Assembly (NCBI GenBank): GCA_030390025.1
Contig: CM059432.1
Coordinates: 102,054,001-102,118,000 of the forward strand
Origin: Squalus acanthias
Lineage: Eukaryota
Direction: 5' to 3'
DNA length: 64,000 bases
Shown: positions 50,651 through 62,700 of the stretch, one piece after another
Layout of the letters: the number at the start of each line of letters is the position of its first letter
Numbering within the stretch: position 1 is the stretch's first letter
Made by a program: the position numbers and the translations under genes
Notes under the pieces: model-generated
Seen by the model: only the letters and a program-made list of their open reading frames with translations
Databases searched by the model: none
What the model was told of the DNA's origin: nothing

Positions 50651-50853
50651 GGGGCGGAAGTTAATTTTGGGTGCGGGGCATGATCTCCAGGCGAAGGAGA
50701 TCGGGGCGCAACGCCGTAGTGCCGCCTCAAAACTCTCGCCAAATATGGCGAGAGTCGATGTCAGCGCGGCGCCCGGTTGCAAAGCCATTTGTGCCCCATT
50801 AGTGCTCCCTGGAGGTGCTAACGGGAGGCGCAAAGGCACCCAATTTTGGCCCC
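50651..50853 (+). mobile_element. Right arm of a Harbinger-type element (family C-like)
   Basis: GCTAACGGGAGGCGCAA...AATTTTGGCCCC, matching the right ends at 52850-52919 and 56110-56166. Confidence 0.7.
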
Positions 50854-51119
50854 AATGTGTGGTACTAGAATAGTAAATAAATATCCTGATCCAACCTCAA
50901 TGAAAATAAATATTTGTCCAAATGTGAAATTGTACAACCTGTCAAGTGGGGCTTTGCGTTGCATGTTGGGAAAATCTTTTCCCCAAATGGGGACATGGTG
51001 AGGATGCAGTTATAACACGCAAAGAAAATGGAGAGCAATTTCCTTGAGCCATATGTGGGAATGGGAAGCTGATTTGTATTGGTGTATAAAGGTCACAAGA
51101 GAGGAGGAGAAGAAGAAGA

Positions 51120-51305
51120 TTGCATTTCTCTACAGTAGTGCCTTTACATGCTCAGGATGGAATTACACAGTCCAGTCACTGTTGTTTTGTAAGCAAAAGC
51201 AACAGTCAATGTGTGCACAGCATAGTCCTCCAATTAGCAATGAATCCACTGACAAGTTCATATGTTTTTAGTGTTGTTGGGTGAGGGATAAATGTTGGTC
51301 AGGAT
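51120..51305 (-). mobile_element. Deu-SINE fragment
   Basis: Reverse-complement similarity to 6000-6200 (GTGCACAGCA, GAGGGATAAATGTTGGTCAGGA). Confidence 0.6.
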
Positions 51306-51669
51306 AACTAACAAATAACAAAGTCAAAGATAACTCATCCACAGCTTAGCTCCACATTCTGGGCAAGGAATTAAAATTAAAATGGTAAGTTAGATATGGA
51401 TATTTAAACTAACTTCAAATAAAACAATCTGCAAACAATATCGTTCCAAGGTAATGACTAACACTTACACTTGAAAACGTAAACCTGGCTTTTCTCTTTA
51501 TAGATACTGATAGGCCCATTGTGTACGACCAACATTGCTACTTTGTTCCAAGAAAATTGAGAAATTTATTTTGGGTAGTAATAAAAACATTAGGAAACAT
51601 AGAATTACATTACCATTCGGCCCAACTGGTCTATGCCAGTGTTTATGCTCCACACGAGCTTCCTCCCAC

Positions 51670-51821
51670 CAATGTTCCCAGTAAGCTGTGCTTTGTTCTG
51701 CACGGCCTGTTTCTTTTAGTGCACCGTCCCTTTAAATTTCTCTGCATGCGTGCTATTTACAATGGAGAAGCTGGTGAGCGGTCTGCGCAGGACCTTTCCC
51801 ATTACTTTAGAGGGGACATTG
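51670..51821. mobile_element. hAT-type MITE
   Basis: TIRs CAATGTTCCC / GGGGACATTG and a perfect 8-bp TSD CCTCCCAC. Confidence 0.88.
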
Positions 51822-52035
51822 CCTCCCACCTTACTTCATCTCACCCTATCAACATATCCTACTATTCCACTCTCCCTCATGTACTTATCTAGCTTCCCCT
51901 TAAATGCACCTGTGCTATTAGCCTCAACTACTTCATGTGGTAAACAAGTTCCTCCTGAATCCCTTATTGGATTTATTAGTGACTATCTTATATGTACGGC
52001 CTCTAGTTTTGGAGTCCCCCACAAGTGGAAACATC

Positions 52036-52919
52036 GGGGGAGGAATTCAGTATCGCCCCATTTGGGGCGCAATTATCGGCCGGGCGCAAAGATTAGCACC
52101 TGGCGCTAATTATCGCCACCGACTGCAAACTTGACTTTTATCGCCCCTGGAGGTGATTGGAGTGCTAAATCAGGCATTTCCCACCTGTCTTAAGGCGCAA
52201 AGGCCGAGGAGCGAGGTGCTACCTCAGAGCGCTGGCGAAGCTCATGTGATGTCAGTCAGCAATGGAACACACACACAATGGCATGGGCCAGTTCTTAAAG
52301 GGGAGGGTTGATCTTGCTTTCCATCCACATCCTGCTCATTGCAGCCTTGAATCTCGGCCTGGAAAGAGCTGTACATCAAATCTGCTGGAAAGAACAATGG
52401 AGAGTACCAGGGAAAGAGCTCAGAGTGCAGCCCCCACAGTCTCTTCTAAATCGATACAAGGAAGGGCAAATCAAAATGAACCTGCAAAGTGCTGCTCAGT
52501 ACCCAAAACTCCCTCACACAGCTTTGAATCTCTCCAGAAGTCTCTCTCTCTCTCTCTCTCTCAGAAAGCGTGGTTCAAAAATGTCACCAACAATAAAAGG
52601 CAGGAAGCGGTCGCCTTTAAATAGCGCTCCCCCAGTCCCTTCCTGACTGCAAAACGCTCCCCTCAACCTGCAGGCGGTAAGGCAGGGGGCGCCACTCAAT
52701 ATCCACTCCGGGGCGATACAGGGGCGTTGCACCCTCGTATGACGTAAAGATCTGCGTGCGCAGGAGATCGCGGCGGTAAAGTTTAGCGCCGCCGCAAAAT
52801 GTCTAGTTAAGTTCGCGAGCAGCGCAAACATCGCTGCGCCCAGGCGCTAGTTGCTTTGCGCCCCATTAGCGCCCTCTTAAGGCGCTAACGGGAGGCGCAA
52901 CCAACTGAATTTTTCCCCC
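52036..52919 (+). mobile_element. Harbinger-type MITE family C
   Basis: TIRs GGGGGAGGAATTCAGT / ACTGAATTTTTCCCCC and a perfect TSD ATC. Contains a Myb-gene start remnant (MESTRERA) and (CT)n at 52541-52562. Confidence 0.88.
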
Positions 52920-53675
52920 ATCATCCCTACGCCTACCCTTCATAATTTTAAAGCTCTCTATTAGTCACATGGAGATAGAGAGCACCGCAGACAAATATAC
53001 ATATGAATTTAAATGATAACTTAATTGATGCGTGGATTGTGAAGTGGCTCCAGTGATATCACAGTGATTTTTAATGTCAACTCCACGAATTTAGTCGTAT
53101 TTCATGGAGATGACTTGGTATAAATTTGGACTGTTAGCTTAACCATGACAAAAAATATAGGTACTAAGTTGGTGATGAGCATAGCTCTGCTAAGAATGAA
53201 GTGTGTAATTGTGAAATGGCTGCATAAAGAAATTCCTAATTAGTCATCTATTTTGCTAATTAAATCATATACATGTACAATACTGAGACCAAGGAAACTT
53301 TCATCAAAAAGTAATTAACCTCACACAATGTAGGGCAAATCACTGACCTTGGAGGCTGGAGAAATAACAGAGGGATTATGCAGCAGTGGAGATATGCATC
53401 TAACTAACATAAAATTTAATTATTATGGAATCTACATTATAAATTTATGGTCATATATGGCTTTTATTTCTACAGTAAAATGGTACCAGGTCAAAACTTG
53501 CAAAATATGATAAAAACTCGACATTTGGTGAAATTTGTCAGCCATGTTGAAATAAATGCTAAATTGTACGCAGCTGTAATATAAATGCTCCACATGCATT
53601 TTAATGCAAAAGATTTTATTGCTGTTTCATTACATTTTATATAGTACTGTTCTCTACTGCTTCACTCCTACCTAT

Positions 53676-54512
53676 GGGCTGGATTTTGCCAATGGGGGGC
53701 TTTTGGAGGCGGGACTCCCTCTTGTCGGGTTTCAGTCCCACCTCCATCGACTTCTGGCCAACCCACGCTATTTTACCTTGATTAACCTTGTTAAGCCCGC
53801 CTAGCGGGCTTAGCAGGCCAATTAAGGGAAAGACGGTTACAGAGAACGTCAGCGTATGACGTTTCATCTGTCAAACATTTTTGACAGATGAATTATCATC
53901 GTTTGACAGCTCTGTGAAGCTGTCAAACACTGACATTCTCTGTTGTTTGATGAGTCCTTGTATTCAACACTCATCAAACCTATCTGCTGAGCAGAAATCA
54001 GATGGCTGTTGCATCGGAGAATGCAGCAGCCATTCTGTCATCTCTGCCGGTGAGATTCCGGTTCCCTAACTGTTGAAGCCTGCAGGAAGAAACAAAGGTA
54101 AGTAAACATTTTCTATCACTTTACAGTCACCTCACACACTTACCTCTCCACACTTGCACCCATCACTCACCTCTACAGCGCACCTTTGGACCCCTCTCAC
54201 CCCCGCAGACCCGCTGCTCACCTCAGTGACCATGGCGGTGATTCCCGACATCGGGAAGCCCGCATTTGCAGGGGTAAAATGGAGATATTCCTCTTAACTG
54301 CCTGTTAACTACCTGTTAACAGGCAGTTAAGTGGCTATAATCCCCTTCCCACCTCGGGGAGGCGGCTCCCAGCGTGGGTCGGCTACCCGCCTCCTGGGAA
54401 GATGGTACGGAGGCGGGTTGGGGGCGGGATGGGTACCCGTCCCTAGATTCTGCTATTTTCCCAGCAGTCCCGCCTCCAAACGCGCCTCCCCAGGGCTGGC
54501 AAAATTACCCCC
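53676..54512 (-). mobile_element. Harbinger-type MITE family A, copy 2 (inverted)
   Basis: Reverse-complement homologue of 93-928 along its whole length. Confidence 0.85.
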
Positions 54513-54539
54513 ATAGTTTCCAAAGGCTTGTGTGTCTGC

Positions 54540-54930
54540 ACTGTCACCTCTGGTGTACCTCAAGGTTCCATCATTTGGCCTCCTTCTCCATCATTTACAT
54601 GCTACCTTTAGGCAATATTATCAGTGTCTGGTTTCACGTGTATATCTCTCCTTTCCTCCATAGACCCTCCAGCTGTTGCAATACTTGTCAATTGCTTATG
54701 TGACATTAAGACTTGTATGAGCCAAATGGCATTCTGCTTAACGTTGGCAAAATCAAAGTTATCCTCTTTGGCTCCTACAAACACATGCAACTTTAATCCA
54801 TCAATCTACTTGACTGCCTCCTCAGATTGATCCCAGAGGTGTGGAATTTAGGAATAGTTCTTGATCCTTAGGCTTAGCTTTCTCCCCACATCTGGTCCAT
54901 CACCAAGACTGCTTTCACCTCTGAACATCA
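54540..54930 (+). mobile_element. Old L2 RT fragment
   Basis: GVPQGS..., IYMLPLGNII and NCLCDIKTCMSQ...LNVGK remnants. Confidence 0.6.
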
Positions 54931-54977
54931 CAATTTATTATTCTGTTGCTGCTAATGCACAGCTGTACGTAACTTAC

Positions 54978-55395
54978 TACATAGAATTACATAGAATTTT
55001 ACAGCACAGAAATAGGCCATTCGGTCCACCTGGTCTATGTCGGTGTTTATGCTCCACACGAGCCTCCTCCCACCTTACTTCATCTAACCCTATCACCATA
55101 TCCTTCTATTCCTTTCTCCCTCATGTGCTTATCTAGGTTCCCCTTAAATGCTTATATGCTATTAGCCTCAACTACTCCATGTGGTAGCAAGTCACACATT
55201 CTAACAACTCTCTGGGTATTTTACTTTATGGCCCCTAGTTTTGGACTCCCCACAAGTGGAAACATCTTCTCTACATCTACCTGATCAAACCCCTTCATAA
55301 TTTTAAAGACCTCTTATCAGGTTGTCTCGCCATCTTCTTTTTTCTAGGGAAAAGAGCCCCAGCCTGTTCAGTCTTTCCTGATAGTTATAACTGTT
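54978..55395 (-). mobile_element. CR1 3' fragment
   Basis: (TAATTCTATG)n-type tail and ORF2 end. Confidence 0.85.
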
Positions 55396-55492
55396 AGAAA
55401 TTAGGGGTACCTAAAATGTATAAGGTTACGCGAATGAAATTGTGCCATGAATAATACTGTGTTTAGATGATTATATTAGAGCTTGAGATAAA

Positions 55493-56166
55493 GGGGGAAA
55501 AATTGGCTCGCGCCCCCTTTGGAGCAATAACTTCGTCGGGGCACTACTTTTAGCACCCCGACGAAGTTAGCACCCCCGTGCCCGAAATTCAGTGGTAGCG
55601 CCCCAAGCAGGAGGCGGGGCGCTACTGGAAGTGCTCCCACTCCCTCTTGGGGCGCTCCCATTGAATATCGCAGAGCTACACGCAACAGCGCCACAGCGCA
55701 TCGGCACATAGCGCCGCGGTACTGCAGGCCTCCCTCCCCTGATTAAAGGGGAGGGGCCTAGCGCAGCGCGCACCGGGACCCTGCTGGACAACCGGGGAGC
55801 GGGGTGCCGGCAAAAGAGCCCGGCGCTCAAGAGGAATACCGGGCTGCCCGATCACGGCCGGCACCCCGCAGCGAGAGGGGGCAGGTGCAGGCAGGGGGCC
55901 CAAAAACAAAGGCCGCCCGGCACCTGCCCTTTAATTATCGCCGCCCCGGCTGCAAAAACGCCACCCTGAACCTGTCAGACATAGCGTCCGGCGGTAGGTC
56001 AGGGGGCGCGAGCCAAGATTGCGGCCCAGGCACTTCGCACGGCGATGACATCATCACCGGAGGCGCAGTGCCGCAGGGGCGCTACCGGCTACCGCCACCG
56101 TTAACCTCCCACTAGTTGCTTTGTGCCCCGTTAATGGGAGGTGCAAAGCAACCGAATTTTTCCCTC
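55493..56166 (+). mobile_element. GC/CpG-rich Harbinger-type MITE (family C-like)
   Basis: TIRs GGGGGAAAAATTGG / CCGAATTTTTCCCTC and TSD AAA. Confidence 0.8.
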
Positions 56167-56427
56167 AAATTGTCTTCAGACTAGTATTAGAGTAGCTGGA
56201 TAGATGCTTAAAATTTGCCTATGCTTTTGGTTCCCTGCAGATGTTATAACATTCCACACAGTGGCAGTCACATATGACATTGCTTCCCAGGCTAGCGTCT
56301 GTTGTTTGTGTGCTTGGAAGGCCAATCAAGGCCCAATGCCCATGTTTCTTCCATTACTGCTAATAACCATATTATAATGCTAAGATAGGATTTTGACTTT
56401 GTTTAACAAAAACTGCTTTCTAAGATG

Positions 56428-57203
56428 TGTAAGTTAACCAGTGTGTGAAAATAGAATAGAGGGTATCTTTGGGAATTTAATGATTCATTCCATAGTACAA
56501 TAGTCTGATAATGGAATGAATTTGTTAGTTTGCACAGCTAAGCTGCATGAACAGCTTTGAACATAAATAACTGATAACAAGCAGCTATGAACTTCTGAAG
56601 GCCAAGAATGGTATGTCTGACTCTAGCCTTGGGAGGTCAGGGCCGGATGAGATAAGGGGAAAACAGTTCTTAGCATACTGTAAGGCCATGATTGGTTGCA
56701 TGCAAAAACCATGTGTAATGGCTGCAAGGACCCCCAAAAGTTAGAAGATAACATGAGGGTTGGCCTTTTTCCATGGTTTAAACAAAGAACTTGACATACC
56801 ATTGGGCACCTTGTTTTAAGGGGAATTGCTATAGGTTAAATAGTCTTGTCCATATTCTATCCCAGGTCCACCCCTAAAAAGAGTATAAAAAGATCTGAAA
56901 AGCTCCTAGCGCAGATAGTGGAATGGAGAGCTACCGAGAGTGGATGCTGACTTTGGTCTAACACTCTTGGGCAGTTCAAGAAGAGAGAGAGAGACATGTA
57001 AGACAAGAAGAAGAGCTGTTTGCGCACGCCAGCCATCTGTCAGATTGGGGCCGGTACTCACTACTTGTCACGGTCGTATGTTTTTGCTGTATAACTCGTG
57101 TGTTATATTCCACCTTAAATTCCAATTAAACACAATATACCCACCATATTGGTTGCAGTCAATCCTGATCATATGAAAGACCACAGATAAGCTAATCTCT
57201 ACA
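56428..57203 (+). repeat. Long terminal repeat B (5' LTR; start uncertain, alternative TG at 56242)
   Basis: TGTA...TACA termini, TATAAAA at 56884, ATTAAA at ~57125, and a PBS 3 nt downstream. Confidence 0.7.
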
Positions 57204-57206
57204 AAT

Positions 57207-57225
57207 TGGCGACTCCGCCGGGACT
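57207..57225 (+). other. Primer-binding site complementary to tRNA-Arg(TCT)
   Basis: TGGCGACTCCGCCGGGACT is the reverse complement of AGTCCCGGCGGAGTCG+CCA, which I recall as the 3' end of vertebrate tRNA-Arg(TCT). Confidence 0.8.
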
Positions 57226-57569
57226 ACAAAAGAATTATTGTTGACAAAACGAGTTAAAATGGACTCGGTCTACAAACGTTGTTAAAAGGCGCCAGGCGGT
57301 GCAATCGGGTTGGAAAACCTCGTAAGGGGGTGCATTTCGTCACTGAAATAAAAACAAAATGGCAGCTGTGTATTATAGAGACAAAGTTGCGAACTTCTCT
57401 CGGATAAGTTAGGGACCCCGGGGGCCCAAGCAGTAGTTGGAATAGTACAGAGTGACGAGAAGTGTTACTCTGAGATTTTTGTGAAAGTGTGTGTTAAAGT
57501 GTGAAGTTTCCTGACTATGAATGTTTAAGAAGTTACAGTATTCCTCTTATCTGAAAGTCTGGCTTTTTT

Positions 57570-58276
57570 GGGCTGGATTTTGTCTTGGGGTCGGGTTGGG
57601 GTCGTGTTATCCGCATTTCGTGTTATCCCCCTGACTCCAGATTAATGTGGATGAATGATGCAATTTTCACTTAATTGGGCAATTGAGTTCCAGCATGTGG
57701 GAACCCATGAACTAATTAGTGGTTTCAGTCTGAAAGTCGCCTCTGATGATGTCATCATTGCTGTCTGTCAGGTCTCAGAGACTGCCTGGCTGTTGGTGAG
57801 AGAGGACAGAGAGAGAGAGAGAGAGAATGATTTTTTTTGCATCCAAGTCCTCTCATAGCAAAAGCCATACAGTCTCTGAAGACATTCAATGCAGCAGCAT
57901 CATTCACACCTAATACTTCCTTCATCACATCTCCATTGTAATAGTGGACCTGCAGCTGATAGTCAGCTATCCACTTGTGCTCCTGCCAGGTTTCACTGGA
58001 GTGTTTCACATCAGGCGTACTTCACATCGGAAAAGGGTTAAACTAGCTAAAACATTTCAAAATGGCATTACAGAGCCAATTTAGGGCTTGTTAAGGGCTT
58101 TAATGGCCTCTCCTGCCTCTTGGAGGCGGGACGGAGTCGGGAACTCCGTGACTGATTTTGTCAAAATTGCGTGGAGGCGGGATGGAGTCGGGTTGGGGTC
58201 GGCACCCCCGACCCCTCAAATTTAACCCCCCACACGCCTCCAAACCTGACTCCACGGGTCATTCAAAATCCAGCCC
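57570..58276. mobile_element. Harbinger-type MITE inserted in the LTR-element leader
   Basis: Perfect TIRs GGGCTGGATTTTG / CAAAATCCAGCCC, with GATGATGTCA and (GA)n inside. Confidence 0.85.
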
Positions 58277-59760
58277 TTGTGTCTGTTATGTTTGTTTTAG
58301 CTCCATCCACATTTCTGTGCACAGAGCTAAAAGCCGCTTAACCCGTTGTAGTCTTGTCTTGGATGTTGGAAGTTTTAAGAAAGTGTGAATATGTTCATTT
58401 CAATTTAAGATTATGCACCTAGAAGTAGGGAAAACTTTATGATCTACATGTTAAGTTAAAGACGCTGCTGTTGATATATTTTGACTGGGATGGCTTGTGC
58501 AGCAAACTGTAAATCACAGGCAGTTTGTTTTACAAAAGATAAGCTTCAGCCTTGAAGTTATGGTTGCAATGGTATCATACAGAAAATAAAACTGCTATTG
58601 CCTTTAAATTAAAAATGTGTGGTCTCATTTTAAATTAATCTGAACGTTTACAAAGCACTTTGACAAGTAAGTCAGTAATTATAAATTGGGTTGAAAGAAA
58701 AAAATAAATTAGTCTATGATGAAATAAGATTCTGTCCCTTTTCTACTTTCAGTGTAGTGTCCCTTTAAAAAAAAGCCTGCAGGAATGTTTCGAAGCTACA
58801 AGCTGAGGGAAGCTCCGCCCTCTTTTTCCTTTTGTGTAGAATGTTCATGATTTTTGTTTAAATGAGAAAACTAATTTTTCTCCAGTTATATTCAATATTT
58901 TTACTGTCATTTGGAAAGTCATCTAAAGAAAGATTAAAGAGAAATACAGTATGATGTAATTTAATGGGTTTTTGTAAGCATGTGCTATTTTGTTTTATTT
59001 TATCTGTTCTGTATTGTGTTTAGTTAATAAGATATTGGTCTGAATTAAATTGGAACTATTGAAGTTAACTAACCTATTAAATTATAAAAACCCAACTTAC
59101 ATTGTGGCCACAGTGAAATTCTGGTTGTTGTAAATTATGCAATAGTCTCTATTAAAAATGGTAGTTTTAAATTTCTCAAATGTTTCATGATTTGAATTGC
59201 AATTTTGGGATATTTGAGGTGACTCTGCTTGTTGAACATTTTGGTTGGACTGGAAAATCTTGGGGTTGGAAACCTCTTTAAAAAAAATGCAAAAAAGTTT
59301 AAAAACAATTGGAGTTGAATCTAAAATTCTGTCTTTCCTGAGGCGAATGTTTTATTTAAAGTTAACAATGATAGCTTTACTAATGATTTCTGCTGTTTTA
59401 ACGGATTTTAATTCCTATTTAAGAAATTTAAAAAGTCAAAGAAAAATGAGAAGGCAAAAGTGCAGGGTAGCGATAGGGGTAATGATAACCAGAGTGTGAC
59501 AGGAAGGGACGGAGCGTATACACATAAGAGTGCATCAGAAAGAGGGGTCAGAGTAGGGAAAAATGGTAAAAAGACAAAATTAAAAGCTCTATATCTAAAC
59601 GCATGCAGCATTCATAACAAGATAGATGAGTTGACAGCACAAATAGCCATTACAGAGACGTAGTTGCAAGGTGAACAAGGCTGGGAACTGAATATTCAGG
59701 GGTATTTGCCATTTCGTAAGGATAGGCAGAAAGGAAAAGAAGGTGGTGTAGCTCTGTTAA

Positions 59761-62700
59761 AATCAGGGAGTTGAATGCGTGGCTCAAAGACTGGTGTGGG
59801 AAAAATGGGTTTTGCTTCTTGGGACACTGGCACCAGTACTGGGGCAGGAGAGAGCTGTTCCGTTGGGACGGACTTCACTTGGCCAGTGCTGGGACTAGTG
59901 TCCTGGCGAATCGAATAACTAGGGCTGTGGAGAGGGCTTTAAACTAATTAGTGGGGGGGAGGTTTCAAGAGAGCAAAAAATAAAAATGACAACAGAGAGG
60001 GTCATAGACATAGGTAGCAGTAGGGGAATCACAAATCAGAGCGTGGCAGGAAGGGACAGAGTGTGTGGAGTAAAAGGTAAAGTGGTAAAAAGTGAAAAAG
60101 CAGGAACTAAGTGCCACAAAGCATATTTGAAAGTTCTCTATCTGAATGCACGTAGCATTCGTAACAAAATAGACGAGTTAATGGCACAAATAACTACATA
60201 TGGTTATGATATTGTGGCCATTACAGAAACATGGCTGCAGGGTGACAATGCCTGGGAATTAAACATACCAGGTTATTTAACGATCAGGAAGGACAGGCAG
60301 GAAGGAAGGGGAGGTGGGGTGGCTATGTTAATAAAGGAAGGAATCACTGTAATACAGAGTAATAATATTGGGTCAAAAAATCATGATAATGAAACAGTTT
60401 GGGTGGAGATAAGGAATAATAAGGGGAAAAAAACACTAGTGGGCGTAGTCTATAGGCCTCCGAACAGTTGCAACTCTGTTGGACGGAGTATCAATCAGGA
60501 AATAGTTGAGGCATGTAATAAGGGAACATCTATAATTATGGGGGATTTTAACTATCATATTAATTGGACAAATCAAATGGGGCAGGGCTGCCTTGAGGAT
60601 GAGTTCATTGAGTGTATTAGGGATGGGTTTCTTGAGCAGTATGTAACTGAACCGACGAGAGGGCAAGCAACCTTAGATCTGGTCCTGTGTAACGAGACAG
60701 GATTAATTAAAAATGTCCTAGTAAAGGATCCCCTTGGAATGAGTGACCATAACATGGTTGAATTCCATATTCAATTAGAGGGTGAGAAGGTTGGATCTCA
60801 AACAAGCGTGCTAAGCTTGAATAAAGGAGACTATGAAGGTATGCGAGCGGAATTGAGTAGAGTGGATTGGGAAAATAGATTAAAGGGTAAGACGACACAT
60901 GATCAGTGGTGTACATTCAAGGAGTTATTTTACAACTTCCAAAAAAAATATATTCCACTGAAAAGAAAAGGGTGTAAAAGAAAGGACAGTCATCCGTGGC
61001 TAAGTAAAGAAATTAAAGATAGTATTCGACTAAAAACAAGGGCATATAAGGTAGCGAAATCTAGTGGGAGGACAGAGGATTGGGAAAACTTTAAAAGGCA
61101 GCAAAAAATAACAAAAAGATTGATTAAGAAAGGGAAGATAGATTATGAAAGTAAATTAGCAAAAAATATAAAAACAGATAGTAAGAGTTTTTATAGTTAT
61201 ATAAAAAGAAAAAGGGTGGCTAAAGTAAATGTTGGTCCCTTAGAGGATGAGACCGGGAAATTAATGGTGGGAAATATGGAGATGGCAAAAACACTGAATG
61301 AATATTTTGTATCAGTCTTTACAGTAGAGGACACTAAGAATATCCCAACACTGGAAAAACAGGGGGCTATAGGGGGAGAGGAGCTAAACACGATCAAAAT
61401 CACTAAGGAAGTGGTACGCAGTAAAATAATGGGACTCAAGGCGGATAAATCACCTGGACCTGATGGCTTACATCCTAGAGTCTTGAAGGAAGTGGCGGTA
61501 GGGATTGTAGATGCATTAGTAATAATTTTTCAAAACTCCCTGGATTCCGCTAAGGTCCCGGCAGACTGGAAAACTGCTAATGTAACACCCTTATTTAAAA
61601 AGGGCAGTAGACAGAAGGCTGGTAACTATAGACTGGTTAGCCTAACATCTGTGGTAGGTAAAATTTTGGAGTCCATTATTAAGGAAACAGTAACAGGACA
61701 TTTGGATAATCATAATTTAATAGGACAAAGTCAGCATGGTTTTACGAAGGGGAAGTCATGTTTGACAAATTTGCTGGAGTTCTTTGAGGAAGTAACATAT
61801 AGAGTGGATAAAGGGGAACCAGTGGACGTAGTGTATTTAGACTTCCAAAAGGCATTTGACAAGGTGCCACACAAAAGATTATTGCTTAAGGTAAAAAATC
61901 ACAGGATTGGGGGTAATATTCTGGCATGGATAGAGGATTGGCTATCTAACAGAAAGCAAAGAGTTGGGATAAATGGTTCATTCTCAGACTGGCAATCAGT
62001 AACTAGTGGTGTTCCACAGGGGTCAGTGCTGGGTCCCCAACTCTTTACAATCTATATTAACGATTTGGAGGAAGGGACCAAGTGTAACATATCAAAATTT
62101 GCAGATGATACACAGATGGGAGGGAAAGTAGTGAGTGAGGAGGACATAAAAAACCTGCAAGGGGACATAGACAGGCTAAGTAAGTGGGCAGAGATTTGGC
62201 AGATGGAATACAACACTGGAAAGTGTGAGGTGATGCACTTTGGCAGGAAAAATCCTAGAGCAATTTATTATCTTAATGGCAAGAAACTGGAGAGTACTGA
62301 AGTGCAAAGGGATCTGGGGGTCCTGGTGCACGAAACTCAAAAGGTTAGTATGCAGGTGCAGCAAGTGATTAAGAAGGCAAATGGAATGTTGGCTTTCATT
62401 GCTAGGGGGATAGAATATAAAAATAGGGAGGTATTGCTTCAGTTGTACAAGGTATTGGTGAGATCGCACCTGGAATACTGCATACAGTTTTGGTGTCCTT
62501 ACTTAAGGAAAGACATCCTTGCTCTCGAGGCAGTGCAAAAAAGGTTCACTCGGTTAATCCCGGGGATGAGGGGGTGGTCATATGAGGAGAGGTTGGGTAG
62601 ATTGGGACTCTACTCATTGGAGTTCAGAAGAATGAGAGGCGATCTTATTGAAACATATAAGATTGTGAAGGGGTTGGATCGGGTGGATGCGGGGAGGATG

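Larger units (their letters stand above)
51596..52965 (-). mobile_element. CR1 3' fragment interrupted by two DNA elements
   Basis: Colinear with 16185-16570 and 54978-55395 once 51670-51821 and 52036-52919 are removed. Confidence 0.8.

Noticed and set aside
93..54512. One giant inverted-repeat element bounded by 93-928 and 53676-54512
   Set aside because: Each copy has its own TIRs, the copies are diverged, and the flanks are unrelated, so they are independent MITE insertions.
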